DNA of 48,765 nucleotides, taken from Chloroflexota bacterium. GTDB taxonomy: Bacteria; Chloroflexota; Dehalococcoidia; Lucifugimonadales; G022566795. The notes under the pieces are model-generated. The model saw nothing but the letters and a program-made list of their open reading frames with translations, ran no database searches and was not told the origin of the DNA. Shown here piece after piece: positions 26,790 to 35,967 of this stretch (the stretch's first letter is position 1; each line of letters starts with the position of its first letter). The position numbers and the translations under genes were made by a program. Location: positions 1-48,765 of the forward strand of contig JADFIF010000005.1 of the NCBI GenBank assembly GCA_022566795.1, given 5' to 3'.

Positions 26790-27958
26790 GCTGTTCCCTT
26801 GCTGGCAGAACCGCGCAGCTCGGTCGAGGAGATGTCGTGCCGGAAGGCGCTCTCAGGTATGGAGCGAAACATCCGCCCAAACCCGGCCGGGACCGCGACA
26901 TCGTCGACGGTGTGGAACTGCACTCCGTCCGCGCGGCCGGCGACGAGAAACGAGCATCCCAGACCGCGCATCTCTTCCAGCGCCAAAAGCATCTGCGTGC
27001 TGCTGCCGTGGTAGTACTTGGGGTCCACGAGTCGCGCCATCGTGTCCCACCCTACCACGAATGTGCAGCCTGGAAAGAGCCTGGCCTTCTCGAAGAAGAC
27101 CGGCGCCCGCGTCAGCACCAAACGTTCATTGCCCCTGAGCTGGCTCGCCCTGGCGCGGACCTCGCTTTTGGCCAGGGGTGGCTTGTCGACGTTCGTGACC
27201 GATAGCTCGAAGGTGACATCGACGCCGAGTATCTTCGATGCCGCGTCTGCAAGCTGCCTGTGGCCCTCGTGCAGCGGGTCGAAGGACCCCGCCAGCACGG
27301 CGCCGGGCACGGGCTCATCAGCGGCCACCCTCCCGTCTCCCTCAAGCGTTGCCGTCGAGATGTGGCCCGCGATAAGCGCCTCGACGCCGTCTATGTAGGA
27401 GACGCGACAGACTTCGACGCGCTCGTCGTGCCCTAGCTCGAGCGGCAGGTCGAAGCTAATGCCGCTGGTCTCCGCGAGCGCGCGCATCACCAGCAGGCTG
27501 ACGACGCGGTCCTCGCCGGCGCGGTCTCGCAATCCCTTGGTCAGCGTCAGGCTATACGTCGTCGCCCCGGTCGCGTCCCAGGCGCAAACGTAGCATCTGT
27601 GGTCCCCGCGCTTTGGACGGTCGGAGGCGATGGCCGCGGTGGACGCTACCCCCGCCACGTGCTCGTTGCCGGGCCTCAGCCGCACCGCTCGGCGATAGGC
27701 TAGCCGGGCCATCTGCTCAGCCGTCTCCGCGCTGACGAGCTGCGCGGGCTCGTGTCCCAGATATTCGACGAGCGAGGCCGAGGCATACGGGACGAGGATT
27801 TCCAGGACGGTCCGGGAGGCCCCGGGCACCTGGAGCAGCCACGAGGTCGATTGGGTTCCCGCCCCGGCCACGACTATGACCGCCATCGTGCCGCAGGCGT
27901 GGAGTTTCTCCGTCAGCCTGTTGATTTCCGCGTCCATGAGTACCCTCACCGAATGCAC
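26786..27958 (-). CDS. CinA/PncC-like N-terminal domain fused to an HxGH nucleotidyltransferase domain
   Basis: VPGASRTVLE..VPY, S..TA..MA, KRGDHR; GSFDPLHEGH, N.DKPPL, F.VG.DT..R, DISSTELR; start may be ATG 27937. Confidence 0.78.
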   Translation of the reverse strand: MHSVRVLMDAEINRLTEKLHACGTMAVIVVAGAGTQSTSWLLQVPGASRTVLEILVPYASASLVEYLGHEPAQLVSAETAEQMARLAYRRAVRLRPGNEHVAGVASTAAIASDRPKRGDHRCYVCAWDATGATTYSLTLTKGLRDRAGEDRVVSLLVMRALAETSGISFDLPLELGHDERVEVCRVSYIDGVEALIAGHISTATLEGDGRVAADEPVPGAVLAGSFDPLHEGHRQLADAASKILGVDVTFELSVTNVDKPPLAKSEVRARASQLRGNERLVLTRAPVFFEKARLFPGCTFVVGWDTMARLVDPKYYHGSSTQMLLALEEMRGLGCSFLVAGRADGVQFHTVDDVAVPAGFGRMFRSIPESAFRHDISSTELRGSASKGTA

Positions 27959-28118
27959 GCGACGGCGCGCTCAACTACTATAGTTGTGGGAGAGGATATC
28001 GTGCAACCAACGGCGGGGTCGTGGCGACGGCCGATCCCCGGTTGGCTCCGCTGATGGGCCGCCGCGAGGACGGCGGATCAATATCGAACAGGCGTCGGGA
28101 GTAGTCCCGCAATCGCGC

Positions 28119-29696
28119 ATGGCTTTGTTGAGACTCTGCGTCCTGATGTTTCTTGTGGCTGTGGTGGCGGCCTGCGGCGGCGGTGCACCGAGGGGTGGCC
28201 AACCGGCGGGGGGCGAGGTCGTGCCTTCTCGCCTGCCTCGTATTGCACGGATCTCGCCCGCACAGGCTGACCGCTCGCCTGCACAAGAGGAGACTCCCCG
28301 GGCGATGCCTGTGCAGGCGAGCGGCGAGTCCCTTGAGCTTTCCTCGACGTCGGACGCTCCCCCTGGCGGCGCACTGACGATCGCGTATCGCGCGGGTAGC
28401 TTCCTCCCGAAAAGGCTGGAGGCTCCGGCCGGTCAGACAGTGACCTTTGTCAACGAGTCCGACGCACCGATGTGGCCTGCATCCAACATTCACCCCACCC
28501 ACGAGATACTGCCAGGCTTCGACGCCAAGAGTCCGATTGAGCCGGGGGAGTCCTGGACGTTCGTGTTCGAAGAGGTTGGGTTCTGGAGGTACCACAACCA
28601 CCTTTCGCCCTCTGAGAGCGGCATCGTCGTCGCTACGGGCGAGCCCCGGACCGCGAGGGCTGAGCCGCTGCTGATCGACCCCCGCGAGCTGACCTTCGAG
28701 GACGTCGGCGCTGCGTCAGCGCAGGACGTGATTGATCTGTTCCGGGACGACACGCTGCTCAACGCCTTCGTCAAGAGGTATGGCCCCGCCGCTACGGTGC
28801 GCATCCTCTCGGAGAACGCGCACAGCGTCGGCGTCGACTGCCACCAGAGAGCGCACGTGATGGGCAGGCTGGCGTACGAGCAGTTCGGCGCGATCGCATT
28901 CTCGCTGTCGGGTCACGAGTGCCACTCCGGCGGCTACCACGGCGCCACCGAGGCGTTCTTTCGCGACCGCGGGACGTCGCACCTGCAGTCGGATATCGGC
29001 GTGGTCTGTGGCGCCGGCCTGAACGACTTCTTTCGGCACCAGTGCGTCCACGGCATCGGCCACGGGCTGATGGCGTGGACGAGCTACGAGATCTTCGATG
29101 CGCTGGAGCTGTGCGACCTGCTGGGGGCCGTGTCCGATCAGCAGTCGTGCTTCTCCGGCGTGTTCATGGAGAACGTCGGGGGTGGGCTGTCGGGCTCTAT
29201 GGGCCACTTCTCGGAGTTCCTGTCAGACGACCCGCACTTTCCCTGCAACATCCTCGACGACCGGTACGTGGTGCCGTGCTACTTCTTCCAGAGCTCCCGA
29301 ATGATTCAGGTTTTCGGAGGCGATTTCGAGCGGCTGGCCGCAGCGTGCGCCGAGGCGCCTGCCGTCGCCCATGCCGTCTGCTTCGGTAGCATGGGGCGAG
29401 ACGTCGGTGGGGTCACAAGGGGTGACCCCGAGCGCGCGATTCGGCTCTGCTCCCACGCCGAGGACCCGGCGAACCGACTCGATTGCCTGGACGGCGCCGT
29501 CCAGGACTCCTTTTGGGACCCTGCCGGAGCCGACAACGCGTTGGGTTTCTGTCAGACTTTGGAGGGAGACGAGGAAAAACGGCGGTGCTACTCGACGATC
29601 GTGGAAAGGGCGGGCTTCGTCCTCGACGATACACTGGCCCTCGAGGGGTTTTGCGGCAGGGTAGAGGCGGGCTATCGGGACGGCTGCGGATTATGA
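28119..29696 (+). CDS. Lipoprotein with a cupredoxin-like domain and a Cys/His-rich helical repeat domain
   Basis: Lipobox VVAAC; F.P..L....GQTVTFVN...HPTH...PGESWTFVF...G.WRYHNH; then CH..AH..G, CH.G.YHG, CVHG.GHG, CF.G.FME repeats. Confidence 0.72.
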   Translation: MALLRLCVLMFLVAVVAACGGGAPRGGQPAGGEVVPSRLPRIARISPAQADRSPAQEETPRAMPVQASGESLELSSTSDAPPGGALTIAYRAGSFLPKRLEAPAGQTVTFVNESDAPMWPASNIHPTHEILPGFDAKSPIEPGESWTFVFEEVGFWRYHNHLSPSESGIVVATGEPRTARAEPLLIDPRELTFEDVGAASAQDVIDLFRDDTLLNAFVKRYGPAATVRILSENAHSVGVDCHQRAHVMGRLAYEQFGAIAFSLSGHECHSGGYHGATEAFFRDRGTSHLQSDIGVVCGAGLNDFFRHQCVHGIGHGLMAWTSYEIFDALELCDLLGAVSDQQSCFSGVFMENVGGGLSGSMGHFSEFLSDDPHFPCNILDDRYVVPCYFFQSSRMIQVFGGDFERLAAACAEAPAVAHAVCFGSMGRDVGGVTRGDPERAIRLCSHAEDPANRLDCLDGAVQDSFWDPAGADNALGFCQTLEGDEEKRRCYSTIVERAGFVLDDTLALEGFCGRVEAGYRDGCGL

Positions 29697-29714
29697 CGCG
29701 CCTTGCGAGACATT

Positions 29715-31394
29715 CTACCTGTTCGATCTTCGTAGGAACGTGTACGACAGGCCGCCGATGATTCCGGCTGCCGCGATGAGGGCGATAAGAATGGCTGAGA
29801 TCGTTGGCCCGCCGGAGTCCTCCTCCTCGCCCGCGCCCACATCCCCCGCCTCCGGCGTAGGCTCCCCGATGACAGGTGCGGGCGTTAAGACGGGTGCCGA
29901 CGCCGCGATCATCGCCTCCACGTCGGCGTGCTGACCTGAGGCTACCGAGATCTGCTCGTCCCCTACCATGATTACGATGGTGTCGGCGTTGGTGGCAGGC
30001 GCGTCGAACGTAACCGCCACGGCGTCGAACGTCAGCTCGTTCCCCCGGCCAATGCTGGCCACGGCTTCTGTACCATCCTCCGCGACGAACATCACCTCGA
30101 CGGAGCCTGCGAGCACCTCGATGGTAACGCTTCCGCAGGTGACGATGATGACGTCACCCGCGTCGAGGGTGATAACAGCGGCGCCCTCGCACACGGTGAC
30201 TGTGGCCGGCTTTCGGCCCCTGGAGGTCACGTCGGCGATGATGAGAACGCCGTCTCTCTCGTCTGCCGCGTCGGTGACGATCAGTACCTGATCGCCTTTG
30301 TCTACGACGACGCCTCTCGTTTTGCCATCGCTAAAATCGTTGGAGTTGGGACCTCCGGTGTCGACGATATCCGCGATGCCGTTACCGTCGCGGTCCGGCG
30401 GCATGACCGCTAGAAACGGAGGAGCTGAGCGTGACGGGGCTGGCGTCGTCGTGGGTGTCGCCCGAGGCGGAGATGGCGTGGCCCGAGGCGGAGATGGTGT
30501 CGCCCGAGGCGGAGATGGCGTGGCCCGAGGCGGCTCCGGAGTCGGCGTCGCGCTTGCTGTCGCTGTGGCGGTGGCGGTCGCGGTTGCCGCCGCGGTGGCG
30601 GTCGGAGTCGGCGTGTTCGTCGGCGTCGGCGTGGGCGTTGGAGTCGGAGTTGGCGTGCTCGTCGGCGTCGGCGTGGGCGTGGCGAAGGAGAAACTTACGA
30701 CCGGGCTTCGAGATTCAGCGCACCCATTGGCATCCACAGCAATAACCACGAGCTGTCCCTGATAGGACCCAGCCGTAGTGGGCGTCCAGTCTACTGTGTA
30801 CGTTATCCTGCCGCCGACTCCGGTGGCCTTGAACTGCCCGCTACCGGTCACTCCCAACCCGGGCAGTGTGCCGCCGCTCAGGAACCCTTGACTGAGCGTG
30901 CCCCCGGGGAGAGTCGATGGGAGCGTATCCCCCGGCAGCGTGCCGGATGGAAGGGCGCCTGAACAGGTCGAGGATGGGAGCGTTCCAGCCGGGAGGGTGC
31001 CCGAGGGAAGAGTTCCTCCTCCAGGCAGTGTGCCGCCGGGAGCTGTCAGATTCACCCACACCACGGTGGCCGATAGCGAGGTGCCGCTGGCGCCCACCGC
31101 CGATATCAGGTTGAAGGTGCCCTGCTCTAGCGGTAGCGCCACGTCGAGGTCTTGAGTGCTAGGCCCCGCCACCACCAGCGCGACCTGGTGGATGAAAACC
31201 TCTTCTCCTTCCGAGAAGTCGACTGTGCCTGTAAACCTCGTGGTCCCTCCGACTGTGTAGGAGCTGGCGTTGGTCGACAGTGCGATGTCGGTGTTGCGGA
31301 CGACCCCCTGTACGACTCCACGGTTCACGAGGATTCCCACGGCGATGAGCACGAGCAGCAGCGCACCGAAGTACAGAAGAGGATTTTTGATCAT
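29715..31394 (-). CDS. Exported, membrane-anchored surface protein with GTLP and Pro/Thr-rich repeats
   Basis: N-terminal hydrophobic segment, beta-rich domain, (PT)n/(TA)n linker, DRDGNGIAD motif, C-terminal TM helix followed by RR. Confidence 0.75.
   Translation of the reverse strand: MIKNPLLYFGALLLVLIAVGILVNRGVVQGVVRNTDIALSTNASSYTVGGTTRFTGTVDFSEGEEVFIHQVALVVAGPSTQDLDVALPLEQGTFNLISAVGASGTSLSATVVWVNLTAPGGTLPGGGTLPSGTLPAGTLPSSTCSGALPSGTLPGDTLPSTLPGGTLSQGFLSGGTLPGLGVTGSGQFKATGVGGRITYTVDWTPTTAGSYQGQLVVIAVDANGCAESRSPVVSFSFATPTPTPTSTPTPTPTPTPTPTNTPTPTATAAATATATATATASATPTPEPPRATPSPPRATPSPPRATPSPPRATPTTTPAPSRSAPPFLAVMPPDRDGNGIADIVDTGGPNSNDFSDGKTRGVVVDKGDQVLIVTDAADERDGVLIIADVTSRGRKPATVTVCEGAAVITLDAGDVIIVTCGSVTIEVLAGSVEVMFVAEDGTEAVASIGRGNELTFDAVAVTFDAPATNADTIVIMVGDEQISVASGQHADVEAMIAASAPVLTPAPVIGEPTPEAGDVGAGEEEDSGGPTISAILIALIAAAGIIGGLSYTFLRRSNR
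30457..30533. repeat. In-frame 21-bp tandem repeat (PPRATPS), about 3.7 copies
   Basis: gt(c/g)gcccgaggcggagatgg(c/t) units alternating between two variants. Confidence 0.9.
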
Positions 31395-31633
31395 CTGATA
31401 AGAACCACGCTACGTTCGCGCCGTTGCTACGCTCTACTTCGGCGCTTGAGTTCTTATCAACCAAGCGAGAGCCACCGAAACCACACATTTCGGGTAGTCG
31501 GGGGCGGCTGTGCACGGCTAGGGTGAGCCGGAGGCGCTCGGTTCGTGACAAGTACCGGGGTTACGGCGAGAGTTCAGGGAGTGCCGGTGAGCCCGCAGGG
31601 AGCGGTGTGCCATCCAGCGGTGACGGGGGGCGT

Positions 31634-32560
31634 CTACCCTTGCCGGAGTCTAATGTGGGCTACGACCTGGTCCACGCCGTCGCTGAAAGTGGTCTGCGGA
31701 GTCCAGCCGAGGACCTGCTCTGCCCTGGAGCAATCGAGGCTGGAGCGGTCGGGCTCTCCGGGGCGCTTGTCGGAGTAGAGGGGTTCTACCGTTGTGCCGA
31801 TGGCGCGTCGTACCGCGTCGAACACTTCGAAGTCCGACACCTCGACGCCTCGGGCGAGGTTGAGGGTGTCGTTGCCGCTCGACCCGATAGTGGCCATCAG
31901 ATTGGCGCGGGCAATGTCTTCCACGAAGACGTAGTCTCGAGTCTTCGTGCCGTCGCCAAAGATGGTCGGTTGAATCTCGTTCAGGAGCTGCTCGGCGAAG
32001 ATCGCCACCACTCCAGCTTCGCCCCCCGGGTCTTGCCTTGGGCCGAAGACATTGCCGTACCTGAAAACCGTGTGCCTGAGGCCGTAAGCGTCTGCATACA
32101 GGCGGATGTAGCCCTCCGCCGTGTACTTGGAGAGGCCGTAGGCAGACTTGGGCGCGATAGGATGGTCCTCGTCCATCGGGATGTACTGGGGCTCAGAGTA
32201 GACGGCGCCGCTCGACGCGAAGACGAGCCTCTTGACGCCGTGAGCGACGCAGTTTTGCAGGACGTTGATGGTCCCGATGATGTTCACGCGCGCATCGATC
32301 TCCGGTCCAGACATCGAGTGCCGAACGCTGGTCTGGGCAGCGTGGTGGTTGACGACGTCCGGCTTCTCGCGGTCGAAGACGTCCCTCAGCCCATCCGAGT
32401 CGGCGATATCGACCTGGTGCACCCTGGCTTGAGGGTTCACGCGATCGGACCGGCCGTTGGACAAGTCGTCGACGACCGTCACCTCGTGGCCGTCCTCGAC
32501 GAGGGTGTCGACAATGTGGGAGGCGATGAATCCGGCGCCTCCGGTTACGAGGATCCTCAT
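31634..32560 (-). CDS. NAD-dependent epimerase/dehydratase (UDP-glucose 4-epimerase-like)
   Basis: TGGAGFIASH, HHAAQ, SSGAVY, YGLSK, RYGNVFGPRQ, TRDYVFVED. Confidence 0.92.
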   Translation of the reverse strand: MRILVTGGAGFIASHIVDTLVEDGHEVTVVDDLSNGRSDRVNPQARVHQVDIADSDGLRDVFDREKPDVVNHHAAQTSVRHSMSGPEIDARVNIIGTINVLQNCVAHGVKRLVFASSGAVYSEPQYIPMDEDHPIAPKSAYGLSKYTAEGYIRLYADAYGLRHTVFRYGNVFGPRQDPGGEAGVVAIFAEQLLNEIQPTIFGDGTKTRDYVFVEDIARANLMATIGSSGNDTLNLARGVEVSDFEVFDAVRRAIGTTVEPLYSDKRPGEPDRSSLDCSRAEQVLGWTPQTTFSDGVDQVVAHIRLRQG

Positions 32561-32697
32561 GCGAGTTGGGCGGCCTCCCTAAATCTTGTCTGCGACTCGC
32601 GGGTCGGCTCGGGAGTGGTTATGCCCGCGGCCCGGGCCTCCGGCGCTGGCCAAGAGTAGCGAACGTGCGGTCGGACGTCAACCAGCGACTCCGGAAG

Positions 32698-33268
32698 CTA
32701 CAGCAAATTGATCAGGCGTCGCCTGAGTACCAGACGAATCAGCGAGAGGATGACGGCGCTGCTCATGATAAACAGGACGGCGGACCAGCTCCAGCCTACT
32801 ATCACCAGGCCGAGCGCGGTTCCCGCCGCCGGAGGGTGCTCTGTGTTGGTGACGGCCATTGCCAGCATGCCCACTCCGACGGATAGGGCTGCCATCAGGT
32901 CCACCGGCAGCCGAGAGGTTTCGGCCGCGGACTCGACGATGGGTATGAAAAGGATCGATGAGAATATCGCGCCGGCGACCCCGGCAACGGCGTGGCCTCC
33001 GATGACCCTGCGAGGCGATGAGGCAATGCTGTTGGGGACTATGAAGATTGTGAAGGCGGACGAGGCCACGGCGACTACGATTGCTGCCCTGAGGACCACG
33101 TCTTCTACGAGCAGGATGCCGATGAGCGAGAGAGTTGCCATGCCGCTTTGGAAGAGGTAGTTGGGCGTCCTGGGCGGATAAGTGCAGGGTACGCCAGATG
33201 TCCCGTTGGGCTTTGGACTGTGAGGACCCTGGGGACTCTGATTGCGGCGCCGGCGTGTTGCTATCCAT
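32698..33268 (-). CDS. HPP-family membrane protein, possibly frameshifted near 33172 (alternative start ATG 33141)
   Basis: ASSAFTIF..P, PRRVIGGH, TNTEHPPAAGTAL motifs in one frame; a plausible ATG/N-terminus (MDSNTPAP...) lies in another frame. Confidence 0.75.
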
Positions 33269-33383
33269 GTACGGCGGGACTCTCCATTCGACGATTGGCC
33301 TGCACAATGGAAGTTAATACAAACCCCATCCGAGCCGCAAGTTCGCAGCCCCCCGAATCGCGCCCAAGTGCGTACGCCGCAAA

Positions 33384-33412
33384 TTGACATCGGCAACCCC
33401 GCGACCTAGAAT
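33384..33412 (+). promoter_or_regulatory. Near-consensus sigma70 promoter for the trk/ktr operon
   Basis: TTGACA-N17-TAGAAT. Confidence 0.8.
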
Positions 33413-33487
33413 CGCTGGCACGACGGACTCATCGTTGTGCCTTTTGCGCAGACGCCGGCGCCGAATCCGATGGTGGCGTAACCTTCT

Positions 33488-34948
33488 GTGGGGCCCGTTT
33501 ATCGGCCGGGAGAAGCAGTGCCGGATATCTGGAAACCCAAACCCGGAGACCGCGTCGTTCGCCATCCGCGGCAGGAAGAGATTGGGCCCGTCCGCCTGAC
33601 GGTCACGGCGCGCAAGGCTCAGCCCAGGGCGTTCGCTTCGCCCCTGATCCTGATCTACGCCTTTGCCGGCCTCATCACCATCGGCACGCTGCTTCTTCTT
33701 CTCCCGGTGTCCAGCGAGGGGCGCGGCGCGGCGCCCTTTGTGGACACGCTGTTCACGGCGACCTCCGCGGTGACCGTCACCGGACTGGTAGTCCACGACA
33801 CGGCAACGTACTGGACGCGCTTCGGGCAGGTCGTGATCCTCGGGCTGATGTTCGTCGGCGGGCTTGGATTCATGACCATCGCCACCTTCTTGCTCATACT
33901 CATCGGTCACCGTGTGACGCTGGCCCAACGTCTGCTGGTGAAAGAGAGCCTGGGTGTGGACCAGCTAGGCGGGCTCGTGCGACTGACGGTCATTATCGTC
34001 CTCGTCGCAGCCGCGATACAGGTCGCGGGCTTTATGGTGTTGTTTATCCGGTTCTCGTTTCTCTACTCACCGCCGGAGGCCATCTGGCAGGCGGTGTTCC
34101 ACGCCGTCTCGGGCTTCAATAATGCCGGTTTCATCGCGCTGAAGGAGCCTGGTGGGTTCGCCGCCCTCCGAAACGAGGAGGCGATTATCGGAACCATCGC
34201 GGTGCTGGTGGCCCTGGGGAGCATCAGCTTCTACGTCATGGTAGACGTCGTCAGGTTCAGGAGGTTCTCGCTCTTCAGCCTGAATACGAAGCTGGTTGTG
34301 GTGGCGACATCCGGGCTGTTCCTCCTGGGAACTCTGGTGTTTCTAGCCTCCGAGTACCAAAACCCGGAAACTATCGGTGCGTTGCCGGTGGAGGAGAAGG
34401 TAGCGGTGTCCGTCTTCGAATCCATTAGCGGGAGGACCGCCGGTTTCACTACCGTGGACTTCGGGGCGACCCGTGCCCAAACGAATTTTTTCTTCACGGG
34501 CCTGATGTTCATCGGAGGCGCCTCAGCGTCAGTGGCCGGCGGCGTGAAGGTCAACACCGTAGCCGTCATCCTGGTGGCGCTGGTGGCGATGTTCAAGGGA
34601 CGAACCCACGCATCTGCCTTCAGCCGAGAGATCCCTCAGGCGCAGATCCAACGAGCGATGACCATCGTCGCGGTAGCCATCGCATTCGTCTTCCTGGAGA
34701 TCGCGCTTCTCGCCTCTGTCGAGTCGGGATTCGACTTCGGAGACCTCTTCTTCGAGGGGGTCTCGGCCTTTGGAACTGTAGGCCTCAGCTCGGGCATCAC
34801 CCCTCTGCTCTCTGGCTGGGGCCATGCGATACTGATGGTGGCGATGTTCGTCGGAAGACTTGGCCCGCTGACCATCGGCCTCGCAATGGCGCAAAGCTCC
34901 GGCACGGATCCCTATCGGTACGCTTCTGAACGAGTTACAATAGGCTAG
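33488..34948 (+). CDS. TrkH/KtrB potassium uptake membrane subunit
   Basis: FTATSAVTVTGL, GGLGFMT, FHAVSGFNNAGF, RTAGF, SAFGTVGLS pore loops; start uncertain. Confidence 0.93.
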   Translation: MGPVYRPGEAVPDIWKPKPGDRVVRHPRQEEIGPVRLTVTARKAQPRAFASPLILIYAFAGLITIGTLLLLLPVSSEGRGAAPFVDTLFTATSAVTVTGLVVHDTATYWTRFGQVVILGLMFVGGLGFMTIATFLLILIGHRVTLAQRLLVKESLGVDQLGGLVRLTVIIVLVAAAIQVAGFMVLFIRFSFLYSPPEAIWQAVFHAVSGFNNAGFIALKEPGGFAALRNEEAIIGTIAVLVALGSISFYVMVDVVRFRRFSLFSLNTKLVVVATSGLFLLGTLVFLASEYQNPETIGALPVEEKVAVSVFESISGRTAGFTTVDFGATRAQTNFFFTGLMFIGGASASVAGGVKVNTVAVILVALVAMFKGRTHASAFSREIPQAQIQRAMTIVAVAIAFVFLEIALLASVESGFDFGDLFFEGVSAFGTVGLSSGITPLLSGWGHAILMVAMFVGRLGPLTIGLAMAQSSGTDPYRYASERVTIG

Positions 34949-35019
34949 GTGCACAGTTTCGACTGCGTTCAGGTCGTCGCGGGATACACACGGTTTCGGC
35001 CTTTTCGGGCGGTGCAGAC

Positions 35020-35700
35020 ATGAAAAAGCAGGTCGCGGTCATAGGTTTGGGGCGTTTCGGCTCCAGCGTAGCGAGGTCTCTCTACAATCTGGGACATGAC
35101 GTCCTCGCCATCGACACCGACGAGAGTCGGGTCCAGGACATCATGGGCCAGGCCACCTACGCGCTTAGCGGCGATGCCACCAACGAGGCTGTTCTCAGGG
35201 AGCTGGGAATCGCTGACTACGATGCGGCAGTGGTGGCCATTGGCTCCAACATAGTGTCGAGCATTATGGCCTCGGTCTTGCTAAAAACGATGGGCGTGCC
35301 GTACGTGGTGTCGCGTGCCCAAAATGAGCTGCACGGGAACAGCTTGGAGCGCATTGGCGTCGATAAGGTCGTCCATGCGGAGTCTGAGATGGGAATACGC
35401 CTCGGGCACAGCCTCTTCAATCCCAACGTGCAGGAGTACCTGGAGCTGACGCCGAACTTCGGGATCAGCAAGATGAGGGTCTCCAAGCGGTTCGTCAATA
35501 TGAGCCTCAAAGAGCTCGGATTCTCCAATGCCCGAGACAAGTATGGACTGGTCGTGCTGGCAATTCGGAGAGGGAAAGACATCACGTTGAATCCCGACAC
35601 CGACGACAAGCTTCAGGCTGGCGACCTCCTCGTGCTGGCCGGTCGAGACGAGCTGCTGGATCGACTGGAGCTCGCCCACGACGGGGTCGATGGCCTCTAG
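35020..35700 (+). CDS. TrkA/KtrA RCK regulatory subunit
   Basis: VIGLGRFG, GDAT, VVAIG, E.EMG.R, plus RCK_C domain. Confidence 0.94.
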   Translation: MKKQVAVIGLGRFGSSVARSLYNLGHDVLAIDTDESRVQDIMGQATYALSGDATNEAVLRELGIADYDAAVVAIGSNIVSSIMASVLLKTMGVPYVVSRAQNELHGNSLERIGVDKVVHAESEMGIRLGHSLFNPNVQEYLELTPNFGISKMRVSKRFVNMSLKELGFSNARDKYGLVVLAIRRGKDITLNPDTDDKLQAGDLLVLAGRDELLDRLELAHDGVDGL

Positions 35701-35840
35701 TACTTGGTCAGCAAGAAAACGATACGTACTTTTTCCCACCACCGGCCCGTGAGATTTATGGTCTGGGGGGAGCCCGAGGGGCTTGTCCCCTCGGACCCTC
35801 GGGGGCGGGCGCGATGTATCAAGACTTATGCCACCAAGCA
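35701..35840. mobile_element. MITE family B, copy 3 (140 bp, minimal form)
   Basis: tacttggtcagcaagaaa ... cttatgccaccaagca; perfect CTAG duplication (35697-35700, 35841-35844); the left CTAG contains the trkA stop. Confidence 0.85.
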
Positions 35841-35967
35841 CTAGCCTCGACCACCTCCACGCAGTCCCGTGGCCCGCGTCTCCGCGGAGCCCCTTGCAAT
35901 TGCGATGAGCAAACCTTAGTATTTTCTGGGACACGCAGACGGCTTGGATAAGGGTGTGTAAAGTACT

